Assembly (NCBI GenBank): GCA_049598495.1
Contig: JBMYNR010000018.1
Coordinates: forward strand, 1-30,342
Source: Opitutales bacterium
GTDB taxonomy: Bacteria; Verrucomicrobiota; Verrucomicrobiia; Opitutales; Coraliomargaritaceae
Reading direction: 5' to 3'
Length of the DNA stretch: 30,342 bases
The position numbers were made by a program, and so were the translations under genes. Under the pieces are notes generated by a model that worked only from the letters and a program-made list of their open reading frames with translations, ran no database searches and was not told where the DNA came from. Shown here piece by piece: positions 28,111 to 30,342 of the stretch (position 1 is its first letter; every line of letters starts with the position of its first letter).

Positions 28111-28575
28111 ATGTCAAAAATTCACCACTTTTCCCGCGAGCAAACCATTGCGACCGACCTCGATACTGCTTGGGATTTCATCCGCTCGCCGGCCAATCTG
28201 AATAAAATCACACCCGTCGATATGTCTTTTCAGATTGTAAGTGAACTGCCCAATGAAATGTATAACGGCCTCCTAATTGAATATCGAGTGGGTATCCCCC
28301 TCCTGGGCAAGCAAACTTGGCTCACCGAACTGAAGCATATTCGCGACCACCGCTCATTCGTCGACGAGCAAAGGATTGGTCCCTACAAGTTATGGTTTCA
28401 CTACCACGAGATCACCGAGGTGGCAGCAGGTGTCCGCTTCGTGGATCAAGTCACATATATCATGCCCTTTGGACCTATTGGAGAAATCGCACGCGCGATC
28501 TACGTCAAATCACAACTCAAGAGAATCTTCGATTACCGCCGCGAGGCCATGATGCAGCATTTCGCTAACATATAG
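28111..28575 (+). CDS. SRPBCC (START-like) ligand-binding protein
   Basis: AWDFIRSPANLNKITP, FVDEQRIGPYKLWFHYH and IFDYR pattern. Confidence 0.85.
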   Translation: MSKIHHFSREQTIATDLDTAWDFIRSPANLNKITPVDMSFQIVSELPNEMYNGLLIEYRVGIPLLGKQTWLTELKHIRDHRSFVDEQRIGPYKLWFHYHEITEVAAGVRFVDQVTYIMPFGPIGEIARAIYVKSQLKRIFDYRREAMMQHFANI

Positions 28576-28918
28576 CGACCTTGCTCCAAGAGGGCCGACG
28601 CCAGTCGCGTCGACGGTGAAACGACAAGATTCGTCTGGGGCGCCTGGTGCCCGGGCAGGTAAGCAAAATAGATACCGCAATCGACAACGACCGACCATGA
28701 AAGGCGTTGACAGGCAAGTTACTTTGACCCTTAAAGGTAATTGGCGAGTGCCAGTGCATGCAAAGCAACCATGTTTGCATGGACTCTAGTCGGACGTCCA
28801 TTTTCCCACTGAACAGGACTGACTTACGCCCTCTACCTGTCGGCATTGCTCGGCTCTAGATCCGCGAACGCGGCTCCATACGATTCATAGACCTAAACGC
28901 GCATCATCGCGTCGCACA

Positions 28919-30121
28919 ATGAGCGAAAACAACGCACCCACAGATACAGTCATCGCTTCCGATGAAACGGCCAAAACAACGGCTGAAAAATCGACTCAGG
29001 AAAAAGCCCGTGAGAACGAAATCGCTGTCTCCGGCATTCTCGAAATTCTCGAAAACAAGACGGGGCAACTTATTGACCCATCTCGTAACGGAAAAACCAA
29101 GCCGAACGATCCGTTTGTGCCGCGCGAACTGATTAAGCGATTCAAGCTAAAAAAGGGTAGCTTGATTGAGGCCAAAGCACAGCACAATGACCGTTTCCCG
29201 AACCCAAAGGTGCGATTTATCGAAAAAGTCGACGGCGCGCTCCTGGAGGAACGCAAAGGCCGCTATAGTTTCCAACAAATGGTCTCAATTGCTCCGGACG
29301 AGCAGATTCGCCTCGAAGCGAAGGACGGGCGCATCACCACCCGTATTATGGATCTGTTCTGCCCGATCGGTAAGGGCACTCGTGGCCTTATCGTCGCACC
29401 GCCCCGCACCGGTAAGACCACCCTTCTACACGACATTGCCCACGGCGTCGTAGAAAACCATCCCGAGTGCCACTGTATCGTCCTCTTGGTCGATGAACGC
29501 CCCGAGGAGGTTACCGATTTCAAGCGCAGCGTCGATGCCGAGATCTACGCTTCTTCCAACGACGAGGAACTTAAAAACCACCTGCGCCTCGCCGAAATTG
29601 CCATCGAGCGCGCCAAGCGCCTCGTGGAGGCGGGCAAGGATGTTGTGTTTCTCCTCGATTCCATCACCCGTCTTGCCCGCGCCTACAATGCTGCCTCCGG
29701 CAAGGGCGGCCGCACGATGACCGGTGGTCTCGACGTTCGCGCCCTCGAAAAACCGCGTCAACTCTTCTCCGCCGCACGTAACTGCGAGGAAGGTGGCAGC
29801 CTTACTATCATTGCCACCGCCCTAATCGAGACGGGCAGCAAGATGGACGAACTCATTTTTCAGGAATTCAAGGGCACTGGCAACATGGAGATGGTGCTCG
29901 ATAGAAAGACCGCCGAACTACGCCTCTGGCCGGCGATCAATCTCAATGCTTCCGGCACTCGAAAAGAAGAACTTCTTCTTTCGGGCAAGTATCTCGAGGG
30001 CGCCCAATTCCTACGACGCGCCCTCGCCGGCCAGAAAATCGAAGACGCGGCTGAGGCCATGATCGACCGATTCCAGCAGACCAAGAGCAACGAGGAGTTC
30101 CTCAAGCTGCTTGAGCGATAA
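28919..30121 (+). CDS. rho: Transcription termination factor Rho (short, atypical N-terminus)
   Basis: [64 protein letters not shown] and SGTRKEELL. Confidence 0.96.
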   Translation: MSENNAPTDTVIASDETAKTTAEKSTQEKARENEIAVSGILEILENKTGQLIDPSRNGKTKPNDPFVPRELIKRFKLKKGSLIEAKAQHNDRFPNPKVRFIEKVDGALLEERKGRYSFQQMVSIAPDEQIRLEAKDGRITTRIMDLFCPIGKGTRGLIVAPPRTGKTTLLHDIAHGVVENHPECHCIVLLVDERPEEVTDFKRSVDAEIYASSNDEELKNHLRLAEIAIERAKRLVEAGKDVVFLLDSITRLARAYNAASGKGGRTMTGGLDVRALEKPRQLFSAARNCEEGGSLTIIATALIETGSKMDELIFQEFKGTGNMEMVLDRKTAELRLWPAINLNASGTRKEELLLSGKYLEGAQFLRRALAGQKIEDAAEAMIDRFQQTKSNEEFLKLLER

Positions 30122-30200
30122 ACCAATCTTTGATGTAGACCCGATTCAGGAGGTGGAACCTGTCCGCCTTCGCCCGCGTAGCGGGCTACTGCGGGACACT

Positions 30201-30235
30201 CTTTTTCGGAGCGAAGCACAGCTTCGACGAAAAAG
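30201..30235. terminator. Stem-loop between rho and the tRNA-like fragment
   Basis: CTTTTTCG...CGAAAAAG outer stem with inner CGAAGC-ACA-GCTTCG. Lies between converging units, but has no U-tract after the stem. Confidence 0.4.
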
Positions 30236-30236
30236 G

Positions 30237-30253
30237 TGGAGGCGCGGGTCGGA
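30237..30253 (-). other. tRNA 3'-end fragment (Cys-like)
   Basis: Minus strand reads T-CCGAC-CCGCGCC-T-CCA: last T-loop base, 3' T-stem strand, 3' acceptor strand, U73 discriminator and CCA. The rest of the tRNA is not contiguous within the window. Confidence 0.6.
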
Positions 30254-30342
30254 CTACGAGCACAGCGAGTGCGTGAGCCGAAGGTGAACAATTGACGATT
30301 CCGGAGGTGGACCCTGTCCGCCTTCGCCCGCGCAGCGGGCTA

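Larger units (their letters stand above)
30142..30342. repeat. Two copies of a palindromic repeat of at least 47 nt (30142-30188; 30296-30342, cut by the window edge)
   Basis: CGATTC(A/C)GGAGGTGGA(A/C)CCTGTCCGCCTTCGCCCGCG(T/C)AGCGGGCTA, 44/47 identical. Internal stem GCCCGC/GCGGGC. Confidence 0.9.

Overview
A 30.3-kb bacterial core-genome segment of moderate GC content. Gene content and protein style suggest Verrucomicrobiota (Opitutales/Puniceicoccaceae, Coraliomargarita-like), but this is inference and not a database result. The left part is the first half of a minus-strand dcw cluster (mraZ-rsmH-ftsL-like-ftsI-murE-murF-mraY) with two extra small ORFs inside it and MraZ boxes upstream. It is followed by metF-DUF971, a putative Na+/H+ antiporter, leuS-FecR-like-lpxI, a His-motif metal-binding-like protein, clpB, nth/holB/SRAP, a desaturase-DUF1295-cfa lipid-modification operon, an SRPBCC gene and a short atypical rho. 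I saw no transposase, integrase, prophage gene, CRISPR array, rRNA or complete tRNA, and no large novel multi-gene system. The best leads are small: (i) a tRNA(Cys)-like 3' end at the right edge whose T-loop appears interrupted by palindromic inserts, or which is an att remnant; (ii) small ORFs embedded in the dcw operon; (iii) a SRAP protein ending in a beta-clamp-like motif directly downstream of holB; (iv) a sigma54-type promoter plus enhancer palindrome at clpB; (v) a SahR-like operator at metF; (vi) a 28-aa membrane microprotein missed by the ORF track; (vii) clusters of REP/MITE-like palindromes.
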